Source: a virus. From it: 64,000 bases of DNA. Below, piece after piece: positions 15,897 through 25,819 of the stretch (its first letter is position 1; each line of letters starts with the position of its first letter). The stretch lies in IMG/VR virus record IMGVR_UViG_3300047311_000725; one strand, given 5' to 3'. The position numbers were made by a program, and so were the translations under genes. The notes under the pieces are model-generated. The model worked only from the letters and a program-made list of their open reading frames with translations. It searched no databases and was not told where the DNA came from.

Positions 15897-16866
15897 AGAT
15901 GTGCTCCAGGATTACTTCGCTCAGATCCTGCGGAAGCCTGTGCCCCGCGGCGCCTTTGTGGCCGCCACCACCAAGTAGGCCGGCTATCCGGCCAACGTCC
16001 AGCTCGCCGGCACGTGAGCGGATCCCGACCGCCCCCTTCTCGATGCAGACGCTGACAGCCATCTGCACCTGGGGGTAGACTTCCAGGAGCCGGTTGAGGA
16101 GGAGAGAGATGTTGGGCTCGTTGGTGACGACGAACCCTCCGATCACCTGGGTCCCGTCGGAGAGCTTGATCTCCTTCACCGTGACCTTCTTCATGGCCTC
16201 CTCGATCGCCTCATCTCGACGCCTGTCGAGGATGTTGATGATGTCGTCCTCGAACTGCGTGAAGTAGACCTTGCCACGACCGAGCGCGATGTTCTGACAG
16301 ATCCGGTCCTTCGGGTCGGCGAAGCGGGTGATGAAGTCCTGCTGGCCGACGAAGACCATGAAGGTCGCCAGGTCCTCCGAGAACGGGAGCTTCTGGCGTA
16401 GCCAGCGGTCGTGGTCGTCGATGGACTCGGCGAAAATCCGGTAGCTCGTGCTCTTGAGCCGCCGCCCGAATCCGACCTTGTTCTCGTCGTCGATCCTGAT
16501 CAGGTAGTCCCTGAGCATCATCGTGCCGCAGCGCTGGTTCTTCTCTTCGATCTCCGCCCAGTGACGGCCCAGCAGGTGGAGCGACGTGTCGTGGTGGTCG
16601 ATGAGGACCAGGTTGCCACGACGCTCGAGGACCTCGGCGTACTTCGGGGTGTTGAGCCCGACGTCCGCGAAGATCAGGAACTTGTTCGACTGGAAGACGG
16701 GATCCTTCTTGACGAACCTCTCGACCATGCCGGCGGCGACGTAGTGGATGTTCTCACGCTTCCCGCCCGCCAACATGAACATGATCGCGCATCCCGCGCC
16801 GTCCATGCAACCCTTGTGGGTCACGAGGGCAGCGTCTTCCAGATTCTCTGGTACCGGGAGTGCCAT
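15889..16866 (-). CDS. DHH-family phosphoesterase (NrnA/RecJ-like, DHH + DHHA1)
   Basis: LIDHHD motif and C-terminal GGGGHKGAAG (DHHA1). First in-frame ATG (16876-16878) overlaps the TATAAT box, so start at second ATG (MALPVPE) proposed. Confidence 0.7.
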   Translation of the reverse strand: MALPVPENLEDAALVTHKGCMDGAGCAIMFMLAGGKRENIHYVAAGMVERFVKKDPVFQSNKFLIFADVGLNTPKYAEVLERRGNLVLIDHHDTSLHLLGRHWAEIEEKNQRCGTMMLRDYLIRIDDENKVGFGRRLKSTSYRIFAESIDDHDRWLRQKLPFSEDLATFMVFVGQQDFITRFADPKDRICQNIALGRGKVYFTQFEDDIINILDRRRDEAIEEAMKKVTVKEIKLSDGTQVIGGFVVTNEPNISLLLNRLLEVYPQVQMAVSVCIEKGAVGIRSRAGELDVGRIAGLLGGGGHKGAAGHRLPQDLSEVILEHIYG

Positions 16867-16876
16867 TGTGAAATCC

Positions 16877-16887
16877 ATTATACCACG
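16877..16887 (-). promoter_or_regulatory. extended -10 promoter CGTGGTATAAT overlapping first ATG of DHH gene
   Basis: Plus-strand attataccacg; identical core to elements at 2801 and 47474. Confidence 0.45.
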
Positions 16888-16907
16888 ACTTTCTGCCTGA
16901 GTACAGG

Positions 16908-18662
16908 CTAGATGTCACACGAACCGTCCTTGCACGCGTCCTTTGAATATGACATGAGGATCTTGTCCCCCTTCCCCTTGAGGGCCGCCAAGGCTTCCTC
17001 GATGGAGAGCGGGGTGAGGGGCTGGTCTTCTCGGCTCCCCTCGGGGTAGATGGTCACGCCCTTGAGCTCCGGGAAGTACTCCATGTAGAGGTCACTGAGC
17101 TCCTCTGCCGAGGTCCCGGGCATGACGTTGATGGTCTTGCTGACCGCGTTGTCGATGTGCTTCTGACAGGCCCGCTGCACCTCGAAGTGGTCCCGGAGCT
17201 TGAGGTCATACGCTCCTTGGAAGTGCTTCGTGCTCTTCCCCTCTTCGACGAACTGCTTGAAGAGCGGGTGGATGACGATCTCCTGGGCCAACAGGTCGCC
17301 CTTCCGGAACTTCCGGATGTGGGCCGGGGCAAAGAGCGGCTCGATCCCTGAGGAGCAGTCGCAGACCAGGGCCGTGGTCCCGGTTGGCGGGATGGTGAGG
17401 AGGGCGCAGTTCCGGATCCCGTGCTCCCGGATGAGAGCGCGGAGACTCGGCTTCAGAGTCTTGGCGAAGCCGCCCTTCAGGTACTTCTCCGCGTCGAAGG
17501 CGGGGAACGGTCCCTTCTCCTTGGCCAGCTCGATCGAGGCCTCGTAGGCGGAGACCTTGATGAAGTTCATGACCTTGTCGATCATCTCCAGCCCATGGGC
17601 CGAGGCGTACTTCAGCCCGAGGAGGAGGAGCATGTCGTGGAGACCGAGCACACCCAGGCCGATGCGCCGGATGTTCGAGCACATCTCCTTGATCTCCTGG
17701 AGCGGGTAGTTGTTCACCGTCAGGACGTTGTCCAGGAAGCGGACCGAGGTGGCCACCGACTTCTTCAGCAGGTCCCAGTCCACCTTCCCGTCCTTCACGA
17801 ACCGGGGGAGGACCATCGACCCGAGGCAGCAGCAGTCGTAGGCCGTCAGCCAGATCTCGCCGCAGGGGTTGGTGCTGAGCAGCTCGGCGTAGTAGCCGAT
17901 GTTGCTCATCTTGTTGGCGAGGTAGCCGTTGAGGATGCCGGGCTCACCGCCGTGGAGAGCGTTGGAGATCAGGCGCTCCCAGAGCTTGTCGGCCGGGATC
18001 TTTCCGTAGAGCTTGCCGCCGTGACGGAGCTCGACGTCTTCCTTGGCCTTCACCTTCTTGAAGAAGAGCTCCGGGTCCTCGTTAAAGTTCACCGAGACGT
18101 TGGCGTTGTTGAGCTGCTTGAGGTCGAGCTTCTTGTCGAGGAACTCGAGGATGTCCGGGTGGTTCAGGTTGAGGCAGAACATGAGGGCGACCCGTCGACC
18201 GCCCCCGCCCTTGATGACATTGCCCCAGGCGTTCTGCCCTTCCATCGGGCTGCAGGCTCCCGTGGCCTGACCGCGGTGGCCAGCGATGTCGGCGCCGTTC
18301 GGCCTGACCGGGGAGAAGTTCGTCCCGATGCCACCTCCCTTGGAGGAGATGACGATCATGTCGTTGGCGTTCTTGCCCCAGCCTTCCGAGCTGTCGGTGA
18401 TGGGGATGACGAAGCAGTTGAGGAGCTGCCCCTTGGGACGGCCCGCTCCGTACCAGATGCGGCCACCCGGCATGAAGTAGTTGTGCTTCAGGAGCTCCGA
18501 GAACTCCGCCCGGTACTTGACTACGTTGCCGTTGGTCTCGGCACCGGCCACCACGGTGGCGAGCCGGTCGCAGCCCTCGTGGAAGGTCTCCTCCCCGTGA
18601 AGGGCATAGCGATCCTTATAGATCTCCAAGGCAAAGCCTTGGGGCTCGTAGTAAGCGCTCAT
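16908..18662 (-). CDS. ribonucleotide reductase catalytic subunit, class II (NrdJ)-like
   Basis: STNPCGE catalytic cysteine motif, C-terminal redox CKDGSCDI pair, 584 aa, no adjacent beta subunit. Confidence 0.75.
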   Translation of the reverse strand: MSAYYEPQGFALEIYKDRYALHGEETFHEGCDRLATVVAGAETNGNVVKYRAEFSELLKHNYFMPGGRIWYGAGRPKGQLLNCFVIPITDSSEGWGKNANDMIVISSKGGGIGTNFSPVRPNGADIAGHRGQATGACSPMEGQNAWGNVIKGGGGRRVALMFCLNLNHPDILEFLDKKLDLKQLNNANVSVNFNEDPELFFKKVKAKEDVELRHGGKLYGKIPADKLWERLISNALHGGEPGILNGYLANKMSNIGYYAELLSTNPCGEIWLTAYDCCCLGSMVLPRFVKDGKVDWDLLKKSVATSVRFLDNVLTVNNYPLQEIKEMCSNIRRIGLGVLGLHDMLLLLGLKYASAHGLEMIDKVMNFIKVSAYEASIELAKEKGPFPAFDAEKYLKGGFAKTLKPSLRALIREHGIRNCALLTIPPTGTTALVCDCSSGIEPLFAPAHIRKFRKGDLLAQEIVIHPLFKQFVEEGKSTKHFQGAYDLKLRDHFEVQRACQKHIDNAVSKTINVMPGTSAEELSDLYMEYFPELKGVTIYPEGSREDQPLTPLSIEEALAALKGKGDKILMSYSKDACKDGSCDI

Positions 18663-18676
18663 GTCTGAGGATCTCC

Positions 18677-20074
18677 CTAGTTGGAGTCGGGCTTCTTGTT
18701 GTCGACCATGCCGAGCTTCTTGAAGCGTTCGGCCGTCTTCTTCTTCAGGTTGTCGTTGTTCTCCAGGAAGATCGCGAGCGGATCCTCGCCCTGGTTGAGC
18801 ACCGAGACCTTGACCGTCGCCGTGTTGAGCGTGAAGGGATAGACCACGCCGTCACGGCCGAGTCGGGACTTGGCGATGAAGAGGCGTCCGCAGTTCATCT
18901 GCTTGTCCTCCGTACGCCGGCTGATCGTCATGATGACGTCGCACACGGTGGCCTTGGCGTAGGCCTCGCCGATCTGACCGATGGAGACGACCTCCATGTC
19001 GAGACCCGCGCGGTTCGTCTGGTCCGCCGTGATGAGGACGACCTTGAACTCCTGGGCCATCGCCCGGAGCTCCTCGTACACGCCCTCGAGCTCGAACCGC
19101 TTCTGCTCGAACCCGCGGCTCGAACGGAGGAGGTCGGCGTAGTCGATGATGATCATGTCCGGGATGAAGTTCTTGGTGGCCGTCAGGCGCTGGATGTACG
19201 CCCTGATGGTCTGGACCGTGGCCGTCTTGGTCGGGAACTCCTTGATGAAGAGCCCTCCCTTCGCCTTGTCCTTGACTTCCGCCCGCACCTTCTCCTGCTC
19301 GTTGGGCACGTCATTGATGGCGACGCCCGAGTAGTAGGAGTCGAAACGGAGACCGATCTTGTAGTCCGCCATTTCGCAGGTGACGTACAGGACGTTGAGC
19401 CCCTGCGCCACCGCGGCCGCCCCGCAGTTCACCAGGAACATGGACTTGCCGGCGCCGGTGGGAGCGATGAAGGTCACCAGGATGCCGCGCTCCCAGCCGC
19501 CGTTCAGCTCCTTGTCGATGATCTGCCAGCCGGTCGGGATGGGCTTCCGGATGCTCGCCTTGGAGCGGGCCGCGAATCCCGAGTCGTCCATGTACTCGTG
19601 GCCGAGGTCACGGGTCGCGCCCTTGTTGAGGGCGTCCTTGATGATGGTGGAGATCGACTCGTAGTCGTTCTGTTCGATCTTGTCGATCGCACAGACCATC
19701 GCCTCCTTCAGCGTCTGACGACGGCAGAAGTCCAGGGACGTTCCTTCGACGTAGCCGATGTCCCCGCCGAGCGGGTTCTCCTTGGCACGCTTCAGGAACT
19801 CCTTGCACTGCTGGGCGACCAGGTCGTTGTCCAGCTCCTTCTGCACCATGATCTCGATGAGGTCCGGCGACGGGAAGGTCTTGAACTCCAGGCGGTGACG
19901 GAAGACCAGCTTGGCGATCTCTTCCAGGTACTTGAGATCGAAGAACTTCGGGTCCAGGACGTCGATCACTTGCTCTGCGAAGAGCGGGTCCTGGATGACG
20001 GCCTGAACCACCTTCTCTTGATAGGAGCGCCCCATCGGTCCGAAGGTGTCGTTGGCCGGTAGCTGGTCAGACAT
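18677..20074 (-). CDS. DnaB-like replicative DNA helicase
   Basis: Walker A FIAPTGAGKS, RecA-like C-terminal domain with IIIDYADLL; start at MSDQLPAND (ATG 20072-20074). Confidence 0.8.
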   Translation of the reverse strand: MSDQLPANDTFGPMGRSYQEKVVQAVIQDPLFAEQVIDVLDPKFFDLKYLEEIAKLVFRHRLEFKTFPSPDLIEIMVQKELDNDLVAQQCKEFLKRAKENPLGGDIGYVEGTSLDFCRRQTLKEAMVCAIDKIEQNDYESISTIIKDALNKGATRDLGHEYMDDSGFAARSKASIRKPIPTGWQIIDKELNGGWERGILVTFIAPTGAGKSMFLVNCGAAAVAQGLNVLYVTCEMADYKIGLRFDSYYSGVAINDVPNEQEKVRAEVKDKAKGGLFIKEFPTKTATVQTIRAYIQRLTATKNFIPDMIIIDYADLLRSSRGFEQKRFELEGVYEELRAMAQEFKVVLITADQTNRAGLDMEVVSIGQIGEAYAKATVCDVIMTISRRTEDKQMNCGRLFIAKSRLGRDGVVYPFTLNTATVKVSVLNQGEDPLAIFLENNDNLKKKTAERFKKLGMVDNKKPDSN

Positions 20075-21059
20075 TCTGGGAATCCTCTCTGGTATCCGCC
20101 GTGAAGCGACCGCGGTACTCGTTGAAGACCATGAAGAAATCTTGGTCGTGTATCTGGATGTTGTCCCGAAGGAGCGCCAGCTTGATGGCACTGACGTTCA
20201 CCGACCCCACGTCTTTCCCCACCTGGTGGCGGATCGAGTGCGTGGACTGCGGCGAGATGATCGGGTTGGCGAGCTGCATGAGACGAACGTTGGTGATAAT
20301 TACCTCCCACTGCTCCAAAAGCGCCTTCAGGAGCTCTTTCTCGCGCTTCCCTGTCGGTACCAAGGCTTGCGCAGCCGCCTTGATTTCCTCGAGATTGCTC
20401 TCGTGATCCGCCAAAAACGGGAAGAATTTGACGACCGTCTTGGGACCCAGGTTCGCGATACCCTGGATGTTGTCCGACTTGTCGCCGCTGATCGCCTTGA
20501 TATAGATGTAGTTGATGGGGAGGACGCCCGTCTCTTCCTTGATCTCGCCCGGACTGTAGTACACCTTGCGGGTGGGAGAGTACACGATCGTGTTCTTGTT
20601 GACGAGCTGCCAGAAGTCACGATCCGTCGAGACGATGACCTTCTGCACGTCGTGGTACATGCTGTAGCAGAGGTAGCTGATGACGTCATCCGCCTCGCAG
20701 TCCTCCACCTCCACCTGACAGACGCCCAGCATTTCGAGATACTTCCGGGTAAGAGCGTGCTGCTCCCACAGATTCTTCTGGCTTTCCTCGACGTTGTCCA
20801 TGTCGAGGTGCCGGTTCACCCGAGGCTTGCGCCCCGCCTTGTACTCCTTGTAGATGCCACGGCGCTTTCGGGACCCGCCCTTGCCGTCCCAGGCGATGAC
20901 CGCCCTGGTGCACTTGGTGTCTCTGACGAGGTTCTTGATGGAACGCAGACAGCCGATCATGCCGCCGACGTGACCGCCGTTCCCGTCCATGGTGGGATTG
21001 ACGCACCAGTTCCGGATGAAGGTATTGAGCCCGTCGATGATGAGAACCCTAGAGGGCAT
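20067..21059 (-). CDS. 5'-3' exonuclease / flap endonuclease (FEN, T4 RNase H / T5 D15-like)
   Basis: LIIDGLN, CEADDVI, ISGDKSDNIQG motifs of PIN-like 5' nuclease domain plus H3TH region. Confidence 0.8.
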   Translation of the reverse strand: MPSRVLIIDGLNTFIRNWCVNPTMDGNGGHVGGMIGCLRSIKNLVRDTKCTRAVIAWDGKGGSRKRRGIYKEYKAGRKPRVNRHLDMDNVEESQKNLWEQHALTRKYLEMLGVCQVEVEDCEADDVISYLCYSMYHDVQKVIVSTDRDFWQLVNKNTIVYSPTRKVYYSPGEIKEETGVLPINYIYIKAISGDKSDNIQGIANLGPKTVVKFFPFLADHESNLEEIKAAAQALVPTGKREKELLKALLEQWEVIITNVRLMQLANPIISPQSTHSIRHQVGKDVGSVNVSAIKLALLRDNIQIHDQDFFMVFNEYRGRFTADTREDSQNV

Positions 21060-21252
21060 TGTCCTTCTTCTCTCCGTCCCGCAAGCGGAACTTCTTCATG
21101 ACCCCACACCAGTCACACTTGAACGTGCCTGTCGGAGTACAGCCCCAGCTCCAGTTCTCTGGGTCGGGCGGAGGAGGAGACTTGATCCTCTGGGAGAATG
21201 TTCCGCCGCAGGAGTGGAGCCGGTCGTCAGCCATTGTGGGATACGTACCCAA
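21049..21252 (-). CDS. small Cys-rich protein (hypothetical)
   Basis: 67-aa ORF with C..C...CDWC pattern; start uncertain. Confidence 0.3.
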   Translation of the reverse strand: MGTYPTMADDRLHSCGGTFSQRIKSPPPPDPENWSWGCTPTGTFKCDWCGVMKKFRLRDGEKKDNAL

Positions 21253-21276
21253 TCCTTTGGGTCAGATCCCCAACGG

Positions 21277-21840
21277 TTACTTCTTGGCTTGCGCGCGCTG
21301 ACGAATGAGGTCCAGTCGGCTCTGGCCCTGCTTCGGCGCGGTCGGCTGGGTGGGAGCGGTCGGCTGCTTGGGCGGCGAGGGCTTGGACTCCACGCCGTGA
21401 AAGAGCGGCTTCGGGTTGGTGATCCGGCCACGGACGTCGGATTGCTTGACGATCGTGACGGCGGACATCTTGACCGGCGTGTAGGTCCGGTAGGCGTCCT
21501 TGTTCTTGAGGAAGACCTTCACGAACCGGGTGTAGAATCCGACCGGGTTCTTGATCTCCTGAAGAGGATCCATGCGCCGGAGGATGTCGTTCACCAGCGG
21601 GAACTTGTGGGGCTTCTTGCCGGCCTTGGCGGCGGCGACCTGCTTCTCGTCCAGGATGGCGTAGAGGACGTCCCGCTCCGCCTCGGTCAGCCTCTTCAGG
21701 TCGATCCCGTGGAGACGGCCGTGCCAGTGCGGGTGGAGGACCAGGACTTCCTTGTAGCGGTCACCCGTGTCCTCGTCCACTCCCTCTGGCGGGTGCTGGT
21801 ACGTGAACCTTATGATCTCACCTGGATCGATCTTGATCAC
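21277..21840 (-). CDS. hypothetical protein (187 aa, Pro/Thr/Gln-rich C-terminus)
   Basis: ORF with protein-like composition. Confidence 0.5.
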   Translation of the reverse strand: MIKIDPGEIIRFTYQHPPEGVDEDTGDRYKEVLVLHPHWHGRLHGIDLKRLTEAERDVLYAILDEKQVAAAKAGKKPHKFPLVNDILRRMDPLQEIKNPVGFYTRFVKVFLKNKDAYRTYTPVKMSAVTIVKQSDVRGRITNPKPLFHGVESKPSPPKQPTAPTQPTAPKQGQSRLDLIRQRAQAKK

Positions 21841-22316
21841 TTCGGAGCCCTCCGCAGGGATTCGAGGAAGCCTGCCAGGGTCTGACAGGGGACCGCCGTG
21901 CTGAAAGTGCAGAACGGACCGAACTCCCCGTCCCTCGCCTCCGCCCCGTTCTTCACGGTCTTGGAGGTGTGGACCCTGATATCTACGTAGGAGCGGGCCT
22001 CGAAATTGTCACAGAACGAGGTCACGTAAAACTTGTGGGGTCCGCTGAAGCAGGCGAGAGGGCGCGGCTTGATGACCACGCTGTCCCGCCACTTGTCCGA
22101 GGTCTTGCACTCCAGGAAGACGTGGTAGGCCGGAAGGAAGATGTCTCCTTCCAGCTGCTCCATGTCGTTGGCGTCCCGATCGGAGTAGCCCCGGTCGAGC
22201 AGGTGCGTCCGGAAGTCCCGGGCGTCCTCTCCCGCCTCTAGGAGGAGAGAGAGGACCCGGTCCTTGAAGCCGTCTCCGAGGAGAGCGTTCTTCGATCCTG
22301 CGACGTACTTACCCAC
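21837..22316 (-). CDS. putative PD-(D/E)xK nuclease
   Basis: GDIFLPAYHVFLECKT matches D-x(n)-E-x-K nuclease core; 159 aa. Confidence 0.4.
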   Translation of the reverse strand: MGKYVAGSKNALLGDGFKDRVLSLLLEAGEDARDFRTHLLDRGYSDRDANDMEQLEGDIFLPAYHVFLECKTSDKWRDSVVIKPRPLACFSGPHKFYVTSFCDNFEARSYVDIRVHTSKTVKNGAEARDGEFGPFCTFSTAVPCQTLAGFLESLRRAPK

Positions 22317-23601
22317 CCTGGGCGACTTCCAGCGCCGCCTCGACGTCCAGCAGGCTGTCGGAGTCTCCCCCGAAGTCCGCCGGCGTCTCGCCGTACTTCA
22401 CGATGAGGTGCTTCTCGAGGTCGTTCTGGACGTGGGTCTTGAAGTCGGGGAAGTCCTTGAGGGCCTTCTTCCACTCCTTCTCCCGGAACATGAGGCCGCG
22501 ATCGTACTCGACCTCCTTCTTCGGGTTGGTCGGGTCTTCCTTGAGGGACATCTTCCCCGACGGGTACTTCGAGTAGTAGCACCACCCCTTCTGCTTTTCG
22601 ATCTCGCCCCGCTCATGGAGCAGGGTGAACCAGCTCTCCTCGTCGTCGATGCCCGAGGAGAACGTGATGTCGAACCGGCACTGGCGGAGCGGGGGACCGA
22701 GGCGGCACTTGATCACCTTGGCGATTGTGTTGATGCCGTAGACCGCGCCCTTGGCCTCCTTCTTGCCTTCTCCCTCCGACGCGCCCTCCGTCCCCTCTTC
22801 CTTCTCCTCGCCCTTCTTCGGCTTGCCCTGGACGAGCTGGGTGGAGCGAGTGAGGCGGATGCGGAGGCTGGCCGCGTAGGGGACCGCCTTTCCTCCGGGG
22901 GTCGTCATCGGGTCGCCGTACATGACGCCGATCTTCGTCTTCAGCTGGTTCGTGAAGACGACGCAGATCCTTTCCTTGCCGAGCGTGTCCACCAGCTTCC
23001 TCATCATCTTGCTGAGGACCTTGGACTTCTCCAGCTGGAGGTTCATGTTCAGGTCGTAGCTCCCCTCGAGCTCCGCCTTGGTCGGGCAGTTCGCGATGGA
23101 GTCCCAGACGATGAGGACCAGCTTGTTCGGCGCCTTGGCCCGAGCCGTGAGGATGGTCTTGTCGATCGCCTCGCCCACCGCCTCGCAGCAGCCGGGCTGG
23201 AGGTAGACGAGCTCGTTGATGTTCACCCCGAGCTGCACGAGGAACTCCGGACTGGCCGCGTTCTCCGTATCGATGTAGACCGCGATGCCGCCCCGCTTCT
23301 GGCATTCCGCGATCAGGTGGGCCGCCAGGAGCGACTTGCCCGAGGCTTCCTCACCCACGATCTCCGTGATCTTGCCCACGGGTGCACCCCCGTTGCGTCG
23401 GTTGGTGCAGATGTAGTTGAGGAGGGTGGAACCAAAGGAGATGAACTCCTTCACCTCGGTGGGGTTGTCATGATCGGTCCCGAGGTTCCAGGCGATCTTG
23501 TCTTCCCCGTCGTTGAACTGCTTGACGAGGAGCTTGCTGAGCTTGAGGGAATCCGCCTCGTCCTTGGTCGACGGGGCTTCGTCCTTGTCCTTCTTTGCCA
23601 T
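22309..23601 (-). CDS. UvsX/RecA-family recombinase
   Basis: Walker A GEEASGKS, RecA-like core, 430 aa with acidic C-terminus as in UvsX. Confidence 0.8.
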   Translation of the reverse strand: MAKKDKDEAPSTKDEADSLKLSKLLVKQFNDGEDKIAWNLGTDHDNPTEVKEFISFGSTLLNYICTNRRNGGAPVGKITEIVGEEASGKSLLAAHLIAECQKRGGIAVYIDTENAASPEFLVQLGVNINELVYLQPGCCEAVGEAIDKTILTARAKAPNKLVLIVWDSIANCPTKAELEGSYDLNMNLQLEKSKVLSKMMRKLVDTLGKERICVVFTNQLKTKIGVMYGDPMTTPGGKAVPYAASLRIRLTRSTQLVQGKPKKGEEKEEGTEGASEGEGKKEAKGAVYGINTIAKVIKCRLGPPLRQCRFDITFSSGIDDEESWFTLLHERGEIEKQKGWCYYSKYPSGKMSLKEDPTNPKKEVEYDRGLMFREKEWKKALKDFPDFKTHVQNDLEKHLIVKYGETPADFGGDSDSLLDVEAALEVAQGG

Positions 23602-23604
23602 GGT

Positions 23605-24141
23605 CTATTCCTCTGCCCCAGCGTCCGGGACGAACTCGATCTCCTTCAGCTTCCTGAGATGGAAGATGAGGTCGTCGAGGTCGCCCATGCGGATCTCGTT
23701 CTCGATCAGGGTCTTCACCGTGTCGAGCCGATCCTTGAAACTCTGGGTGTAGCGGGTGTGGACGATGTCCCGCCCGCGGGTGTCGTTGTACTTTCCGTCT
23801 TCGTGCAAGTGTTCGAGCACGGAGACTGTCAGGCAACGCTCGTACTCTGCGACCACGACTTCGAGCTCGTGGCGCCGGTGGCGACTCTCGCAGACGAACT
23901 TGCCGTTCGGGTTCGTGGAATCGTACTCGCGGAGCTCTTCGTCGTAGGGCTCGAGGCACTCTTCGTTGATGAAGAGACAGCGCTCCGGCACCGGGAACGA
24001 GACATTCCGGTCACCGAAGACGGCGTTGTGGTTGATGATGCGGACGACCTCGTGGAGGCCGTTGGTGATGACGTGGCTGGACTCGATGACGAGGCCATCG
24101 AACCCACGCCCCATTCCCTTGATACGATAGAGAGAGCTCAT
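23605..24141 (-). CDS. hypothetical protein (178 aa); position between recombinase and SSB is where T4 places helicase loader gp59
   Basis: No motif match; synteny argument only. Confidence 0.45.
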   Translation of the reverse strand: MSSLYRIKGMGRGFDGLVIESSHVITNGLHEVVRIINHNAVFGDRNVSFPVPERCLFINEECLEPYDEELREYDSTNPNGKFVCESRHRRHELEVVVAEYERCLTVSVLEHLHEDGKYNDTRGRDIVHTRYTQSFKDRLDTVKTLIENEIRMGDLDDLIFHLRKLKEIEFVPDAGAEE

Positions 24142-24237
24142 GTGACTCCTTTAGAAAAAGAGTCCATCGGCCTGACAGTTGACAGACCGTACCGGACCAA
24201 ACCCGGTAGCGACGGACAAGCTAACTAGGGAGTCGGA

Positions 24238-25140
24238 TTACGAGGCGGCGTTCTCGTCGACGGTTTCGCCGAAGGCCTCGTCGATGGACTTGCCACCCTT
24301 GAGACCGCCGGTGTCCTCGCCGGAGTTCGCTTCGTACTTCTCGGTGCCGCCCTCCGACTTCGCCTCGGCCGAACCACCGCCGATGAACTTGTCGAGCAGG
24401 ATGGCGACTTCCTCGGAGCTCTGCTCCGGGTAGACCTCACCGATCGGCTTGATGGACGTGAGGAGCTTCTTGAGCTCTTCCTTGTCCTTCGTGACCGGAC
24501 GGCCCTTCATGCTGGCCTCGGTGATCTCGGTCATCGGGCGGTTCTTCTTGTTGCCCTTCGCCAGCGGCTTGCCCGCGGCGTCCGAGAAGCGGATGTGGAT
24601 GTCGAAGGCCTTGTTCATGTCGAACAGGACCTTGAACCCCGACGCGTCGTCGGTCGGATCGAGATCGAGCATCTCCATCCGCTCCGTGTTGCTCATCAGG
24701 TCGATGAGCTTGTTGTTGTTGGTGAAGCCCGGCGACCACCACTTGGGGCCGTCCGGAGAGAGGGTGCCGTCCTTCATGCGCTCGACCAGACGGACGAACG
24801 CCTTCTCGGTCGGCTGGATCTTCTTGAAGATCTCGAAGTCGGCCTTGCGATCTCCCTCGGCCTTGTCTTCGCCATCCGGGCCCTTCCAGGCGCGGAGCTT
24901 CTCGCAGAAGTCGCAAACCTTGCAGGGCTTGCCGAAGTTCTTCAGCGGGCAGAGACAGCTGGCCCCACCGAGCTCGTAGTGGAACACGAGGATCACGAAC
25001 GGGTCGTGCTCCGGTCCACGCGGATCGGGGAGAAGACGAACGTCGTGCTCGTCCTTTGCCTTCCAGATGTCGTTTTGCTTCTTGCCCGTGCGCTGATTCA
25101 GTTGCTGGAGACGGGCTCTCATTTCGGCGAGTGATGCCAT
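24238..25140 (-). CDS. single-stranded DNA-binding protein, T4 gp32-like
   Basis: N-terminal LAEMRARLQQLN..WKAK...VRLLPDPRG..PFVILVFHYE resembles gp32 N-terminus; Cys cluster CLCPLKNFGKPCKVCDFC; acidic C-terminal tail. Confidence 0.6.
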   Translation of the reverse strand: MASLAEMRARLQQLNQRTGKKQNDIWKAKDEHDVRLLPDPRGPEHDPFVILVFHYELGGASCLCPLKNFGKPCKVCDFCEKLRAWKGPDGEDKAEGDRKADFEIFKKIQPTEKAFVRLVERMKDGTLSPDGPKWWSPGFTNNNKLIDLMSNTERMEMLDLDPTDDASGFKVLFDMNKAFDIHIRFSDAAGKPLAKGNKKNRPMTEITEASMKGRPVTKDKEELKKLLTSIKPIGEVYPEQSSEEVAILLDKFIGGGSAEAKSEGGTEKYEANSGEDTGGLKGGKSIDEAFGETVDENAAS

Positions 25141-25272
25141 GGCGGGTGTTGCTCCTTTCGGTTGTGAGACTCTAAAGTTGTTGGCGCCTTTCGCGCGCCG
25201 TGTGTGCACCGGTCTCTAAATGTGCACCTAATACATAGGCGTCTCAGGACGCTGTCAACCCTAAAAAGGAGC
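25141..25272 (-). promoter_or_regulatory. 132-nt 5' leader of SSB gene with two TCTAAA(G/T) motif copies, a GGCGCGCGAAAGGCGCC hairpin and AGGAGC RBS
   Basis: Unusually long structured leader in a genome where most genes have <20 nt spacers. Confidence 0.3.
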
Positions 25273-25797
25273 TCAACGCGCTCGGTACTTTCGGTGAAGG
25301 TATCTAATTGCGCCAAAGAGCCGCGGGTTGCACCGCTTCATCTTGCGCTTCTGTTCGGGAGTGCCGCAGTAGTACGTCTCGAATCCGATCGCGATGTACT
25401 CGTCGACGTTCTTCCGGGCGTAGGTGTCGGGGAGGTAGCGGGCCTTCTTCTTCTTCTCGGTGATGATGTCGTCTCGTTCAGACAGACCTTCTTCATCGTC
25501 GATGTTGTGGGCCAGCTCGTGGATGAGGATGCGGGCGAGGATCTCTCGGGACTGGTTCGTGAAGCTGATGCGGATGAGACCGTTGAGGTGGTCTCCGTGG
25601 TCGGGCATCAGGGTGAAGTAGATCTCCTTGACCTTGTCGGCGTAGGAGAACGGGACGTTCAGCTCCTCCATCTCAGACATGAGCTGGGCGATGTCAGGCT
25701 GGCACCTTTCACTGAACCTGATGAGGGTGCGAGAAGCGTTCTTGAGAATGTAGTCCCCCTCGTCGGTGGGGCACCGGGCAGCGATCCAAGACTCCAT
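25273..25797 (-). CDS. putative zinc metallopeptidase (HExxH)
   Basis: ILIHELAHNID motif; 174 aa. Confidence 0.5.
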   Translation of the reverse strand: MESWIAARCPTDEGDYILKNASRTLIRFSERCQPDIAQLMSEMEELNVPFSYADKVKEIYFTLMPDHGDHLNGLIRISFTNQSREILARILIHELAHNIDDEEGLSERDDIITEKKKKARYLPDTYARKNVDEYIAIGFETYYCGTPEQKRKMKRCNPRLFGAIRYLHRKYRAR

Positions 25798-25819
25798 GCC
25801 ATGAGTCCCTCCCTGCTGG

